Origin: Fibrobacterales bacterium
GTDB taxonomy: Bacteria > Fibrobacterota > Fibrobacteria > Fibrobacterales > JAOPTW01
Length of the DNA stretch: 64,000 bases
Assembly: GCA_051532035.1 (NCBI GenBank)
Contig: JAOPTW010000015.1
Coordinates: 218,653 to 282,652 of the forward strand
Direction: 5' to 3'
Part shown: piece by piece, positions 30,953 through 40,576 of the stretch
Position numbering within the stretch: position 1 is the first letter of the stretch
How the letters are laid out: each line of letters opens with the position of its first letter
Notes under the pieces: generated by a model
Told to the model about the DNA's origin: nothing
Seen by the model: the letters and a program-made list of their open reading frames with translations, nothing else
The model's database searches: none
Translations under genes and position numbers: made by a program

Positions 30953-32023
30953 ATGAGCTGCATGCCTTCAACTAAACACCAATATGTAGTGGTTATTCGA
31001 GCTGATGAATCGACACAAATTGGTTCAGGACACGTTATGCGTTGTATAGCTTTGGGTATTGCATTACTCAAGCATAAATGCACTGTATATTTTATTGGAA
31101 ACATTCAGAATTCAGGTCTTGTGTTAAAAATAAAAAAATCTGGTATACACTTTATTCATCAAGAAGAAATATATCCTCATACTCAGGATATAAATGATTT
31201 CAATCACTTAGCAGAAAGCCTTAATATTGATTGGATAGTACTCGATGGATACCACTTTGACTCGTCGTATCAAAAGTCACTTATGCAGGGGCAATCACAG
31301 TTATGTGTCATCGATGACAATCATCATTTAGAACAGTATTTCTGTAACATGATACTCAATCAAAACTCCCATGCCTCCACAATCACATACAAATGTCATA
31401 AAAATGTACAACAACTTCTTGGTAATTCCTATGTGTTACTCAGACCTGAGTTTTTGGAATACCAAAAGAAGACTCTATCAGTTAATAACCAACTAAATAT
31501 ACTTATCACCCTTGGAGGCTCTGACCCTAGTAATGCGACTCAAACTATACTCGAAGTACTAAATACAATTCCACAATCGAATTTCACGGCAACAATAGTT
31601 TGTGGCCCAGGGTATACATTCCTATCTCAGCTCGAAACTTTTTGTACTTCCATTAGCTTCCCATATACTATTAAAGTGAATACGCAAAACATGCCTGAAT
31701 TAATAGACACTGCCGACGTCGCTATAACTGCTGCAGGGAGTACCGTTTGGGAGCTTGGATTTATGAAAAAGCCAATGCTTCTTATAGTAACTGCAGAAAA
31801 TCAACTCAGAGTCGCTCACTCGCTTACACATTATAATATACAGCATATCAACATGCTTAACAGCCCAAAGAAAGATTTAATCCTATCAGCTGTTGAAGAT
31901 TTTCTATATCACCACCCAGAACATACCAACCCGTTCCACATTGATGGGAAAGGAAGCTATCGAGTCGCACAGGCAATGGTCGATTTATGTAGCCCCCTAC
32001 CATCCAAGTTACCCCTGCCTTAA
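30953..32023 (+). CDS. pseG: UDP-diacylamido-trideoxy-altrose hydrolase
   Basis: RAD...IGSGHVMRC, LDGYHF, LLRPEF, LGGSD, AAGST.WE, ENQ. Confidence 0.88.
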   Translation: MSCMPSTKHQYVVVIRADESTQIGSGHVMRCIALGIALLKHKCTVYFIGNIQNSGLVLKIKKSGIHFIHQEEIYPHTQDINDFNHLAESLNIDWIVLDGYHFDSSYQKSLMQGQSQLCVIDDNHHLEQYFCNMILNQNSHASTITYKCHKNVQQLLGNSYVLLRPEFLEYQKKTLSVNNQLNILITLGGSDPSNATQTILEVLNTIPQSNFTATIVCGPGYTFLSQLETFCTSISFPYTIKVNTQNMPELIDTADVAITAAGSTVWELGFMKKPMLLIVTAENQLRVAHSLTHYNIQHINMLNSPKKDLILSAVEDFLYHHPEHTNPFHIDGKGSYRVAQAMVDLCSPLPSKLPLP

Positions 32024-32037
32024 AGAGATTTACGACC

Positions 32038-32922
32038 ATGATAGACCAGCATAATACTCAATTAATTAAAAACAAATGGGGCTTCTATTCATTTAACCCA
32101 ATGCCATCCCAAGAAGACCTTACTCACTACTATGCTGAAAAATATTATCAGGAAGGGCGCGGTAGTTACGAAATTGAATACTCACCGCAAGAACTTAAAT
32201 GGAAAAAACTTCGCGCATGGCTCATTGCACAATCTGCTCTATCGATACACCCTGATGGCAATACTTTTCTCGATATTGGTTGTGGGGAAGGAGACTTATT
32301 ACACGAGTTTAATACGAGGGACATCTCAGTAACGGGTATAGATTATAGTAATGTAGGAATTAACAATCTGCACCCAAGACTCATCAAAAACTTCATCCAA
32401 GGCGATATTCGACAGCTTATCCAAGGTATTATTACAGATAATACTCATTATGATTTTATCTCATTAATTAACGTTCTGGAACACGTTCCAAGTCCTATAA
32501 CTTTAATGAAAGACTTTCACTCATGGATGCGTAAAAGTGACCTTCTCATTATTACTGTGCCAAATGACTTCTCTGCGCTACATTCCTATTTGGTAAAACA
32601 TAATATCACCAAAGACCAATGGTGGGTTGGATACCCTGACCACCTCTCGTATTTTAACAAAGAGAGTATGACTGCTTTTGTTAATGAAATTGGTTTTGAA
32701 ATTATCAAAGTTGTTGCAGACAATCCTATCGACTTAAATTTATTAAACAATAATTCAAATTATATCGAAGACCGTTCAAAAGGAAAAGCAACTCATCACT
32801 TTAGAATTGCAACAGATAATTTTATTGCAGAGATTGACAAAGAACAACTTCTAAAAATCTACACCCTTTATGGTGAAATTGGAATAGGACGAGACCTCAC
32901 TTTTTATATGCGGAAAGTATAA
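32038..32922 (+). CDS. Class I SAM methyltransferase
   Basis: LDIGCGEG, NVLEHV, VPND, PDHLSYFN. Confidence 0.85.
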   Translation: MIDQHNTQLIKNKWGFYSFNPMPSQEDLTHYYAEKYYQEGRGSYEIEYSPQELKWKKLRAWLIAQSALSIHPDGNTFLDIGCGEGDLLHEFNTRDISVTGIDYSNVGINNLHPRLIKNFIQGDIRQLIQGIITDNTHYDFISLINVLEHVPSPITLMKDFHSWMRKSDLLIITVPNDFSALHSYLVKHNITKDQWWVGYPDHLSYFNKESMTAFVNEIGFEIIKVVADNPIDLNLLNNNSNYIEDRSKGKATHHFRIATDNFIAEIDKEQLLKIYTLYGEIGIGRDLTFYMRKV

Positions 32923-33629
32923 TGAAAATTGCACTTTATTCTGATATCCATGGGAATATGCAATCATTTGTAAATGCTCTTTCAGACATGAAAAATTATA
33001 CTATTGATCAACATGTTTTTTTAGGTGATATTTGCGGATACTATTATCAACAAATTGAGATATTTAATATTTTGAAAACTATTGATGGGCTCATTGCTGT
33101 ACGAGGTAACCACGACCAAATCTTTATAGATATTGTTAATGGCAATATACCATTGAGAAAAGAGTATCGGCTTAAATATGGGAATTCAATGGAACACCTG
33201 TTGACACAACCATATGAAGAACTATATAACTGGCTTATTTCACTTCCTATTAAATACATTGAACCCAATACATTTATTGCATGCCATGGTGAACTTAAAA
33301 ACTGCCTTGATGGCTATGTCTATCCCGATACTCCATACGCATCACAACTAGAACATATTTTGGAGCCCTATGTTTTTTTAGGCCATACACACTACCAACT
33401 CTCAAAATCGCATGGAAACACTACCATTGTAAATCCAGGTTCACTAGGGCAACCGAGAGATGGCAACCTTTTTTCTTGGGCATTGATTGATACCAATACC
33501 AATGAAATTACCTTTAAAACGGTTAAAGGTAATATAACAGAACTATGTCATGAAGTGGAGCAAATGAATGAACAAAACAACTATTTGACCAGCGTATTGG
33601 CTCGTCAATCAAATAATAGGGAGCAATAA
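32922..33629 (+). CDS. Calcineurin-like metallophosphoesterase
   Basis: SDIHGN, LGD, RGNHD, HG, GHTH, NPGSLGQPRD. Confidence 0.88.
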   Translation: MKIALYSDIHGNMQSFVNALSDMKNYTIDQHVFLGDICGYYYQQIEIFNILKTIDGLIAVRGNHDQIFIDIVNGNIPLRKEYRLKYGNSMEHLLTQPYEELYNWLISLPIKYIEPNTFIACHGELKNCLDGYVYPDTPYASQLEHILEPYVFLGHTHYQLSKSHGNTTIVNPGSLGQPRDGNLFSWALIDTNTNEITFKTVKGNITELCHEVEQMNEQNNYLTSVLARQSNNREQ

Positions 33630-34630
33630 TGCATATTTTAGTAACAGGCGTAAGTGGCGATTTAGGGCAGGCAATTGTTAAATGCCTTCGTCATATGCAT
33701 AAAGATGTTTTTATTATTGGCTGTGATGCAGTGGCACAATCTATTGGTGCAGTATTTGTAGACGCATTTTATGCCATACCCTATGTTAATGACCCCCGAT
33801 ATTGGGAGGAGGTCAAAAATTTACTCCAAAGATACAGCTGCCAAGCTATTATCCCTGGAAGTGATACAGAAATACAACATATGGCAAAAGCTGTTTTAAA
33901 CAATACGTTCAATTGTAAGTGTCCCGTAATCAGTCTCTCCGCTCGTGACATAGAATTATTTGGAGATAAATTATTGTGCTATGATACTCTTAAAGACAAC
34001 ATTCCATTAGTATCGTATGTTGATGGCTTAAATTTATCACAAGTACACAATTTTATAAAGAAAAACTCATTCCCCTTTATTGTAAAAGAGCGACTATCAT
34101 GTGGATCTAAAAGCTTAAAAATTGCCCATACTGAGGAAGAGCTTTTTAAATTCTTAAAAAGTTCAGATAAACCCCTTATTCAGGAGTTTATACCTGGTGA
34201 TGCAAATGAATACACTATTGGTGCATATGCAGACAATGATACCGTTGAAGCAATCATTTTTCAACGAGACCTAGGCCCCTCTGGCTGCTCATGGTATGCT
34301 CAAACAGTTACAGATGATGAAATACTCCAGTACTGTCTAGATATTGTAAAAGTATCAAAAATCCAGGGCGCTTTTAATATTCAAGTAAAAAAAACAGAGA
34401 AAGGAGTCTTCTTACTTGAAATAAATGCTCGCTTCTCAAGTCTCGTTGCAGCCCGTGCACTCTGCGGTTTTTGTGATCTTGAATGGTCACTTAAAAAAGC
34501 ATTATCAATACCTTATACAATTCCTACTCACTACACCCCAATACGATTCCAAAGGTTTTTTGGTGAGGTAGTCGATTATGGTTCAGGTTACACGGGGGTT
34601 AAAAATTGGAACCCGCAAACCCATGACTAA
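33629..34630 (+). CDS. ATP-grasp protein
   Basis: IPGSD.E, DK, FPFIVK, IQEFI, EYT, LEINARFS. Confidence 0.8.
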   Translation: MHILVTGVSGDLGQAIVKCLRHMHKDVFIIGCDAVAQSIGAVFVDAFYAIPYVNDPRYWEEVKNLLQRYSCQAIIPGSDTEIQHMAKAVLNNTFNCKCPVISLSARDIELFGDKLLCYDTLKDNIPLVSYVDGLNLSQVHNFIKKNSFPFIVKERLSCGSKSLKIAHTEEELFKFLKSSDKPLIQEFIPGDANEYTIGAYADNDTVEAIIFQRDLGPSGCSWYAQTVTDDEILQYCLDIVKVSKIQGAFNIQVKKTEKGVFLLEINARFSSLVAARALCGFCDLEWSLKKALSIPYTIPTHYTPIRFQRFFGEVVDYGSGYTGVKNWNPQTHD

Positions 34631-34653
34631 TACTATTGTAATTTTGGTAAATT

Positions 34654-36048
34654 TTATCGATTACCTTTATATGATTGTGTTTTAATAAGTTGATCAGATG
34701 TGAGGCCTATTTCTAATTCGTCATTAAGTTTATTTACCCAATAATTAACAGTAGTTTCAAATACTTCATCACTCATCTTTGTAAGGTTCATTCTTAAATC
34801 TTGACGATCACCCAATTGCATTAGGTACTCCTCTTCATCATGAATAAATCCATTCTCTTTCGCATACTCATAAACTTGAGTATTAGGCTGAGGTAACAAA
34901 TACCCAGTACTTGGAAATACTCTTAGATCTAAGCATAACTGGTATGTTTTGGCTATTGTTTCAACCGTCTCATTTGGATACCCAAGAACAATTCCCGTAA
35001 CACAGGTTAAACCCGCTTTTTTAATCAACTCAACTTGTTTGATGAACTGTGTTAAACTCATTTTTTTATTCATATCAAGCAGTATTCTTTCATCTGCTGA
35101 TTCAAGAGCACCCCCAAGTGAAAGGAGTCCTGATTTTTTTGCTTTAACTAATAATTCAATATCGGAGTCTTCTTTAAATAAATCATTTCTTACATTACAA
35201 AACCAATAAATCCCCAAGTCTTCTTCAATTAATTGATCTATAAACTCATTAAACATTCTTTTAGAGGCAAATGTTAAATCATCAGCAAGTGCAACTACAT
35301 TAATTCCATATTTCTCTTGTAAAAACCTTATTTCAGATATCACATGAGCAGGTGACCGCCTTCGGTATTTCACATCTTTAAAAGAATGGTAACAAAAAGT
35401 ACACCGTGCAATACACCCTCTGGCTGTACTTATATTCATCATCTTAATTTGGTCTCTTGGTATCGGAACTCCATCGGGAACAGCAAACCTCGATCTCTCT
35501 ATGTAATGCTCAACATCGAACAGATCATAATCTATCATTGGAATGTCATCAAGATTTTTTATCTCAGGTCGATATCCAGTAAATTGCACCTTACCCTTTC
35601 TATTTAAATAAATCCCTTGTACGTCCTCTAAATCTTTTCCTTTCTCCCATGCATCAAGAAGTTCTACAACAGTTATTTCACCTTCCGCCTCAACGGCTAC
35701 ATCTGCAGTTGTTTTGGTTAAAAGTGTTTCAGATACAGAAGATGCCACTGTATTTCCAACTATGATAAATGCATGTGGATTTTTTTCCCGGAGAATTTCA
35801 ATATATTTTTTTACGTATTTATACCCTGTAACAATACACCCAAGAAGTACAACATCCCATTTACACTCAGACAACTTTGATTGTATCTCTTCATCGGTTG
35901 GACGCAATACATCTATATCATATAACTCAAAATCATAGCCAGCGCGCTTAACGGCTGACAACACATACCCTAGTCCAATCGGCAAAAATTTTACTTTTGC
36001 CGAAGGCCTCATTGCGACATTAATTGCGAGTATTTTATAGTCTTGCAT
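34654..36048 (-). CDS. B12-binding radical SAM protein (class B methyltransferase-like)
   Basis: P.GLGYV, EGE, ARGCIARCTFC (CX3CX2C), DD, LESA, GYPNET. Confidence 0.88.
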   Translation of the reverse strand: MQDYKILAINVAMRPSAKVKFLPIGLGYVLSAVKRAGYDFELYDIDVLRPTDEEIQSKLSECKWDVVLLGCIVTGYKYVKKYIEILREKNPHAFIIVGNTVASSVSETLLTKTTADVAVEAEGEITVVELLDAWEKGKDLEDVQGIYLNRKGKVQFTGYRPEIKNLDDIPMIDYDLFDVEHYIERSRFAVPDGVPIPRDQIKMMNISTARGCIARCTFCYHSFKDVKYRRRSPAHVISEIRFLQEKYGINVVALADDLTFASKRMFNEFIDQLIEEDLGIYWFCNVRNDLFKEDSDIELLVKAKKSGLLSLGGALESADERILLDMNKKMSLTQFIKQVELIKKAGLTCVTGIVLGYPNETVETIAKTYQLCLDLRVFPSTGYLLPQPNTQVYEYAKENGFIHDEEEYLMQLGDRQDLRMNLTKMSDEVFETTVNYWVNKLNDELEIGLTSDQLIKTQSYKGNR

Positions 36049-36170
36049 AACACCCTAAACCACTATTATTGGATTGAATTACTTTACTTCTTAATACGTA
36101 GATACACATTTTGAATACACCCATTCTACTTTTAACTGTTAACCATTTTGTAATATATTCTTTATTTTTA

Positions 36171-37439
36171 TTACAACACCCATGTCGGTTCTTCTACAAT
36201 CCCTTTTACATCAATAATAACAGGCACCCCATTAGACAACCCCCTATAATCATCCATAGTCCACTCTTTAAATTGCTTATGTGCTACCGCTACAATAATT
36301 GCATCATAAATACTTTCTGATTCCAATGGGTTTTCAATAATACCATGTTTATAATTCTTTTTATTTTCATGAGCATCTACCCATGGATCATACACATCAA
36401 CCAAACATCCATATTCATCCTTAAGTTCTTCTATAACATCCACTACTTTTGTATTACGCATATCAGGACAATCTTCTTTAAACGTAACTCCAAGTATTAA
36501 AATCCGACCACCTTTTACTTTTTTATCTGCAGCAATTATAGATTTAATCGTTTTCTCTACCACAAAACTACTCATACCATTATTTATCATGCGAGCAGCA
36601 AGAATAAGATTCGGTTGGTATCCGTTTTCAGTTGCTTTAAAGGTGAGGTAATAGGGGTCAACACCAATACAGTGTCCCCCTACAAGTCCTGGATACAACT
36701 TTACAAAATTCCACTTTGTAGCAGCTGCATCAATAACCTCTTTGGTATCGATACCCATGGTGTCAAAAACATGGGAAAGCTCATTAATCAACGCAATATT
36801 TACATCACGTTGAGTATTCTCTATTACCTTAGCCGCTTCCGCCACCTTAATAGATGGGGCCCGATAAGTTCCTGCAACAATTATCTGCTTATATAATGTG
36901 TCAATTTGATCAGCGGTCTCTGGAGTAGAACCTGAGGTAATTTTTAATATTTTTGTTAATGTCCGTTCTTTATCCCCTGGGTTTATTCTTTCAGGAGAAT
37001 ATCCACAATAGAAATCCTTGTTATATTCTAATCCCGACCCATTTGTTAGTAGAGGTACACACAACTCTTCGGTCACTCCTGGATACACTGTCGATTCATA
37101 GATGACGATGTCACCTTGTTTCAATAGGGGAGCAATTGATTTTGTAGAGTCAATAATTGGCGACAAATCAGGCAGGTTGTTGCTATCAATTGGAGTTGGC
37201 ACTGTAACAATATAATAGCTGCATTCATTAAGATCAGCCATGTTAGTAGTATAGGTTACATACTCGGCACTCTTCAACTCTTCAAATGTCATTTCATGAG
37301 TTATATCTATCCCATTATTAAGATCATCAATTCTTTTTTGATTAATATCAAATCCAATCGTAGGAAACTTGTTTCCAAATGCTATAGCAAGAGGCAAGCC
37401 TACATATCCTAAACCTATAATTCCGATTTTATTCTGCAT
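36171..37439 (-). CDS. UDP-N-acetylhexosamine 6-dehydrogenase (WbpA/WbpO/TviB family)
   Basis: GLGYVGLP, ESTVYPG, SPERINPG, KVIENTQRD, GGHCIGVDP. Confidence 0.9.
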   Translation of the reverse strand: MQNKIGIIGLGYVGLPLAIAFGNKFPTIGFDINQKRIDDLNNGIDITHEMTFEELKSAEYVTYTTNMADLNECSYYIVTVPTPIDSNNLPDLSPIIDSTKSIAPLLKQGDIVIYESTVYPGVTEELCVPLLTNGSGLEYNKDFYCGYSPERINPGDKERTLTKILKITSGSTPETADQIDTLYKQIIVAGTYRAPSIKVAEAAKVIENTQRDVNIALINELSHVFDTMGIDTKEVIDAAATKWNFVKLYPGLVGGHCIGVDPYYLTFKATENGYQPNLILAARMINNGMSSFVVEKTIKSIIAADKKVKGGRILILGVTFKEDCPDMRNTKVVDVIEELKDEYGCLVDVYDPWVDAHENKKNYKHGIIENPLESESIYDAIIVAVAHKQFKEWTMDDYRGLSNGVPVIIDVKGIVEEPTWVL

Positions 37440-37541
37440 TTTCACCCTGCATAACGATGGTTATTAGGAATATAACTATTCTCTTCTTCAGGCTGGGGTA
37501 ATATTCGTGAACAATTGCTTATTGATTTTTACATTTTTATT

Positions 37542-38840
37542 ATGAATATTACCAATTACAATTCGGCTATAGAGTATCTTTTTTCACGAATCCAGTTTGG
37601 CATGAAGGCCGGGTTAGAAAACATCTCTCAACTATGTAAAAGCCTAGACTCTCCACACAAACGTCTCAAATGCATTCATATAGCTGGTACCAATGGGAAA
37701 GGCTCAACGTCCTACTATATCAGTAAATTGCTCATGAGCCATGGCTATACAGTGGGACTTTTTACCTCACCCCACCTTGTCTCTGTTAGAGAACGAATCA
37801 GAATCAATGATCAACCAATTTCAGAAGATGACTTAATACAGTATACTCAAAAAGTTGCTTATTGTTCTTCCACCAACTCTCACACCTTTTTCGAAACAGT
37901 AACGGCAATCGCCTTCTCGTATTTTGCAGACCAAAACGTAGATTACGCAGTAATCGAGACGGGCTTAGGAGGGCGATTAGACTCTACCAATATATGCAAT
38001 AGTATAGTAACAGGAATATCAAGTATAGCCCTTGATCATACCAGTATTCTAGGAAATACTGTTAGTGAAATTTTATCCGAAAAACTAGGTATCGCTAAAC
38101 CGAACATACCAATGGTTATTTCTCCACTCTCAGAAGGCCTTACAACACAAGCCAAAAGCTATTGTAATTCCATAAACGCCCCTTTTTCATCTATTAAACC
38201 TGAATCTGTTCACGTTGATAATACATGCACAACTATTAAAACCAATTCAACGATGTACTCCGACCTTGTCTTTAATAATGCCGGCACTCACTACGGCTAC
38301 AATGCAGCACTTGCACTGACCATTGTGGAAAAAATACATTCACCGTTGTCACCATCTATTGTAAAAAGTGTTTTTGAAACTATACATTGGCCTGCACGCA
38401 TGCAGCACCTCTACCACAACAGCCAGCTCGCCTATATTCTCGATGGTGCACATAATCCAGCGGGGCTTCGTGCACTCATTACCACTCTAGACTCTTTATA
38501 CCCCGAACAAACCTTTCCCTTTCTCATCTCTACTCTCGAAGATAAAGACTATCATACTGTAGCTCGGTTAATTGAGCCTAAAGCATCTCAGATTATTATT
38601 ACTAAAAGTTCACACCCAAAATCAGTATCCCCCGAAATTTTTCAAAAATGTTTCATTAAGCCTGTAATTACATTTCACTCTCAAGTCGAAGCCTTCGAGT
38701 ATTGCACCTCTCTAAATACACCTGTTATTTGCACAGGCTCTCTCTATTTCATGGGGGATCTTGTTGAACGACTAAAGTGGACCTTTGAAGAACTTGCATG
38801 GTTTCGCTCATTAACCCCCGATAGCAACGAAGTGCGCTAA
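37542..38840 (+). CDS. folC: Folylpolyglutamate synthase / dihydrofolate synthase
   Basis: HIAGTNGKGS, FTSPHL, ETGLGGRLDSTN, DGAHN, TGSLY. Confidence 0.92.
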   Translation: MNITNYNSAIEYLFSRIQFGMKAGLENISQLCKSLDSPHKRLKCIHIAGTNGKGSTSYYISKLLMSHGYTVGLFTSPHLVSVRERIRINDQPISEDDLIQYTQKVAYCSSTNSHTFFETVTAIAFSYFADQNVDYAVIETGLGGRLDSTNICNSIVTGISSIALDHTSILGNTVSEILSEKLGIAKPNIPMVISPLSEGLTTQAKSYCNSINAPFSSIKPESVHVDNTCTTIKTNSTMYSDLVFNNAGTHYGYNAALALTIVEKIHSPLSPSIVKSVFETIHWPARMQHLYHNSQLAYILDGAHNPAGLRALITTLDSLYPEQTFPFLISTLEDKDYHTVARLIEPKASQIIITKSSHPKSVSPEIFQKCFIKPVITFHSQVEAFEYCTSLNTPVICTGSLYFMGDLVERLKWTFEELAWFRSLTPDSNEVR

Positions 38841-38912
38841 TGATACTCACAAAAATACCCCTCAAAATTCGCTAAAAAATGTATCTATTCTTTAATAGAG
38901 GCCAGCTTCAAG

Positions 38913-38940
38913 TAAACTATTTGATGATTAAGGTCGATAT
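38913..38940 (+). promoter_or_regulatory. sigma28-type promoter of the wbpB-D-E-like operon
   Basis: TAAA-N16-GTCGATAT; same -10 as flagellin 5; 23 nt before the ATG. Confidence 0.6.
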
Positions 38941-38963
38941 GCAGAACAACGGTGAGGTACATA

Positions 38964-39995
38964 ATGACTACAATTAATTTCGCTCTTATCGGGTGCGGAA
39001 GAATTGCTTTCAAACATTTTGAAGCAATAGAAAACATCCCAGATGCTCGTATTGTTGCTATTTGTGATAAAAAAGAACCACATGTTAAGCAGATTGCAAA
39101 AGAACAAAATTGTGATTGGTATACCTCATTTACTGATATGCTCACTAGAGATGATATTGATGTAGTTGTTATTGCTACTCCCAGTGGATTACACCCCACA
39201 CATGGAATTCAAGCTGCCCAGGCTGGGAAGCATATTCTTACAGAAAAACCGATGAGTACCAATTATAAAGAAGCTAAAAAACTTATCCGGACATGCGATG
39301 AAAACAATGTTCAACTCCATGTAGTACATCAAAACAGACTCAATACCACTATTGACACCTTAAAAAAGGCCATCGACAAAGGTCGTTTTGGTAAAATCTA
39401 TTCTGTACAAGTAAATGTTTTTTGGACTCGACCTCAAGAGTATTACGACTCATCAAGCTGGCGTGGCACCTGGGAATTTGATGGCGGAGCATTTATGAAT
39501 CAAGCGAGTCACTATGTTGACCTTCTCGAATATTTAATAGGAGAAGTGGATAGTGTCATGGCCTACACAGCAACATTAGAAAGAAAAATTGAAGCAGAGG
39601 ATTCCGGAGTTGTCGCTATGAAATTTAGAAATGGCGCCCTCGGCACAATGAATGTTTCTATGCTTACCTATCCTAAAAACCTAGAAGGTAGTATCACGAT
39701 TCTTGGAGAAACAGGTACTGTAAAAATAGGTGGCGTTGCTGTTAATAAAGTGGATCAATGGGAATTCAAAGATTATGATGATGATGATAAAGTGATCTTT
39801 GAGAAATCTTACGATACTCAAAGTGTCTATGGTTTTGGTCATACTGGTTATTATAAAAATGTTATCAGGTCTATTCAAACTGGAGAGGAGCCAGAGGTTT
39901 GCGGAAGAAAAGGCCTTAAATCCTTAGAACTTATTCTTGCTATATATAAATCCGCTAAAGAGCAGACGCGAGTCCCCCTCCCGCTGGATCTATAA
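38964..39995 (+). CDS. wbpB: UDP-GlcNAcA 3-dehydrogenase (WbpB/WlbA, Gfo/Idh/MocA)
   Basis: GCGRI, TPSGLH, EKPM, WRGTWEFDGGAFMNQASH, TYPKNLEGS. Confidence 0.85.
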   Translation: MTTINFALIGCGRIAFKHFEAIENIPDARIVAICDKKEPHVKQIAKEQNCDWYTSFTDMLTRDDIDVVVIATPSGLHPTHGIQAAQAGKHILTEKPMSTNYKEAKKLIRTCDENNVQLHVVHQNRLNTTIDTLKKAIDKGRFGKIYSVQVNVFWTRPQEYYDSSSWRGTWEFDGGAFMNQASHYVDLLEYLIGEVDSVMAYTATLERKIEAEDSGVVAMKFRNGALGTMNVSMLTYPKNLEGSITILGETGTVKIGGVAVNKVDQWEFKDYDDDDKVIFEKSYDTQSVYGFGHTGYYKNVIRSIQTGEEPEVCGRKGLKSLELILAIYKSAKEQTRVPLPLDL

Positions 39996-39998
39996 CCT

Positions 39999-40574
39999 AT
40001 GTCATTTTTTATTCACGAGTCAAGTATTGTGGACACTAGAGTTACCATTGGATCTGGCACGAAAGTCTGGCATTTTTCTCACATAATGCATGGTGTAACT
40101 ATTGGTGAAAACTGCTCTTTTGGGCAGAACTGTGTTGTGGGTCCCAATGTAACAATCGGAACAGGGGTTAAAGTCCAGAATAATGTTTCTATCTATGAAG
40201 GCGTAGAAATTGAAGACTCTGTTTTTCTTGGGCCATCCATGGTTTTTACCAATGTTACCAATCCAAGAAGCTTCATTATTCGAAAAGATGAATTTCAAAA
40301 AACACTTCTAAAAATAGGAAGCTCTATTGGAGCAAATGCTACAATTATTTGTGGGGTGACTATTGGACGCTATGCATTGGTTGGGGCCGGAAGTGTCATA
40401 ACAAAGGACATCCCTGACTTTGGCCTTGCCTACGGCGTTCCAGCCAAGCTCGTTGGCTGGGTAAGTAAAGCAGGCAATCAACTCAATTTTAAAAACTCTG
40501 ATAGTGTAATTGACTCAAGTGATGGAAGTCGATATTTATTAAAAAACAACATAGTTATTGAGGAGAATACCTAA
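39999..40574 (+). CDS. wbpD: Hexapeptide N-acetyltransferase (WbpD/WlbB)
   Basis: KVWHFSH, KVQNNVS, GPSMVFTNV.NPRS. Confidence 0.88.
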   Translation: MSFFIHESSIVDTRVTIGSGTKVWHFSHIMHGVTIGENCSFGQNCVVGPNVTIGTGVKVQNNVSIYEGVEIEDSVFLGPSMVFTNVTNPRSFIIRKDEFQKTLLKIGSSIGANATIICGVTIGRYALVGAGSVITKDIPDFGLAYGVPAKLVGWVSKAGNQLNFKNSDSVIDSSDGSRYLLKNNIVIEENT

Positions 40575-40576
40575 TC

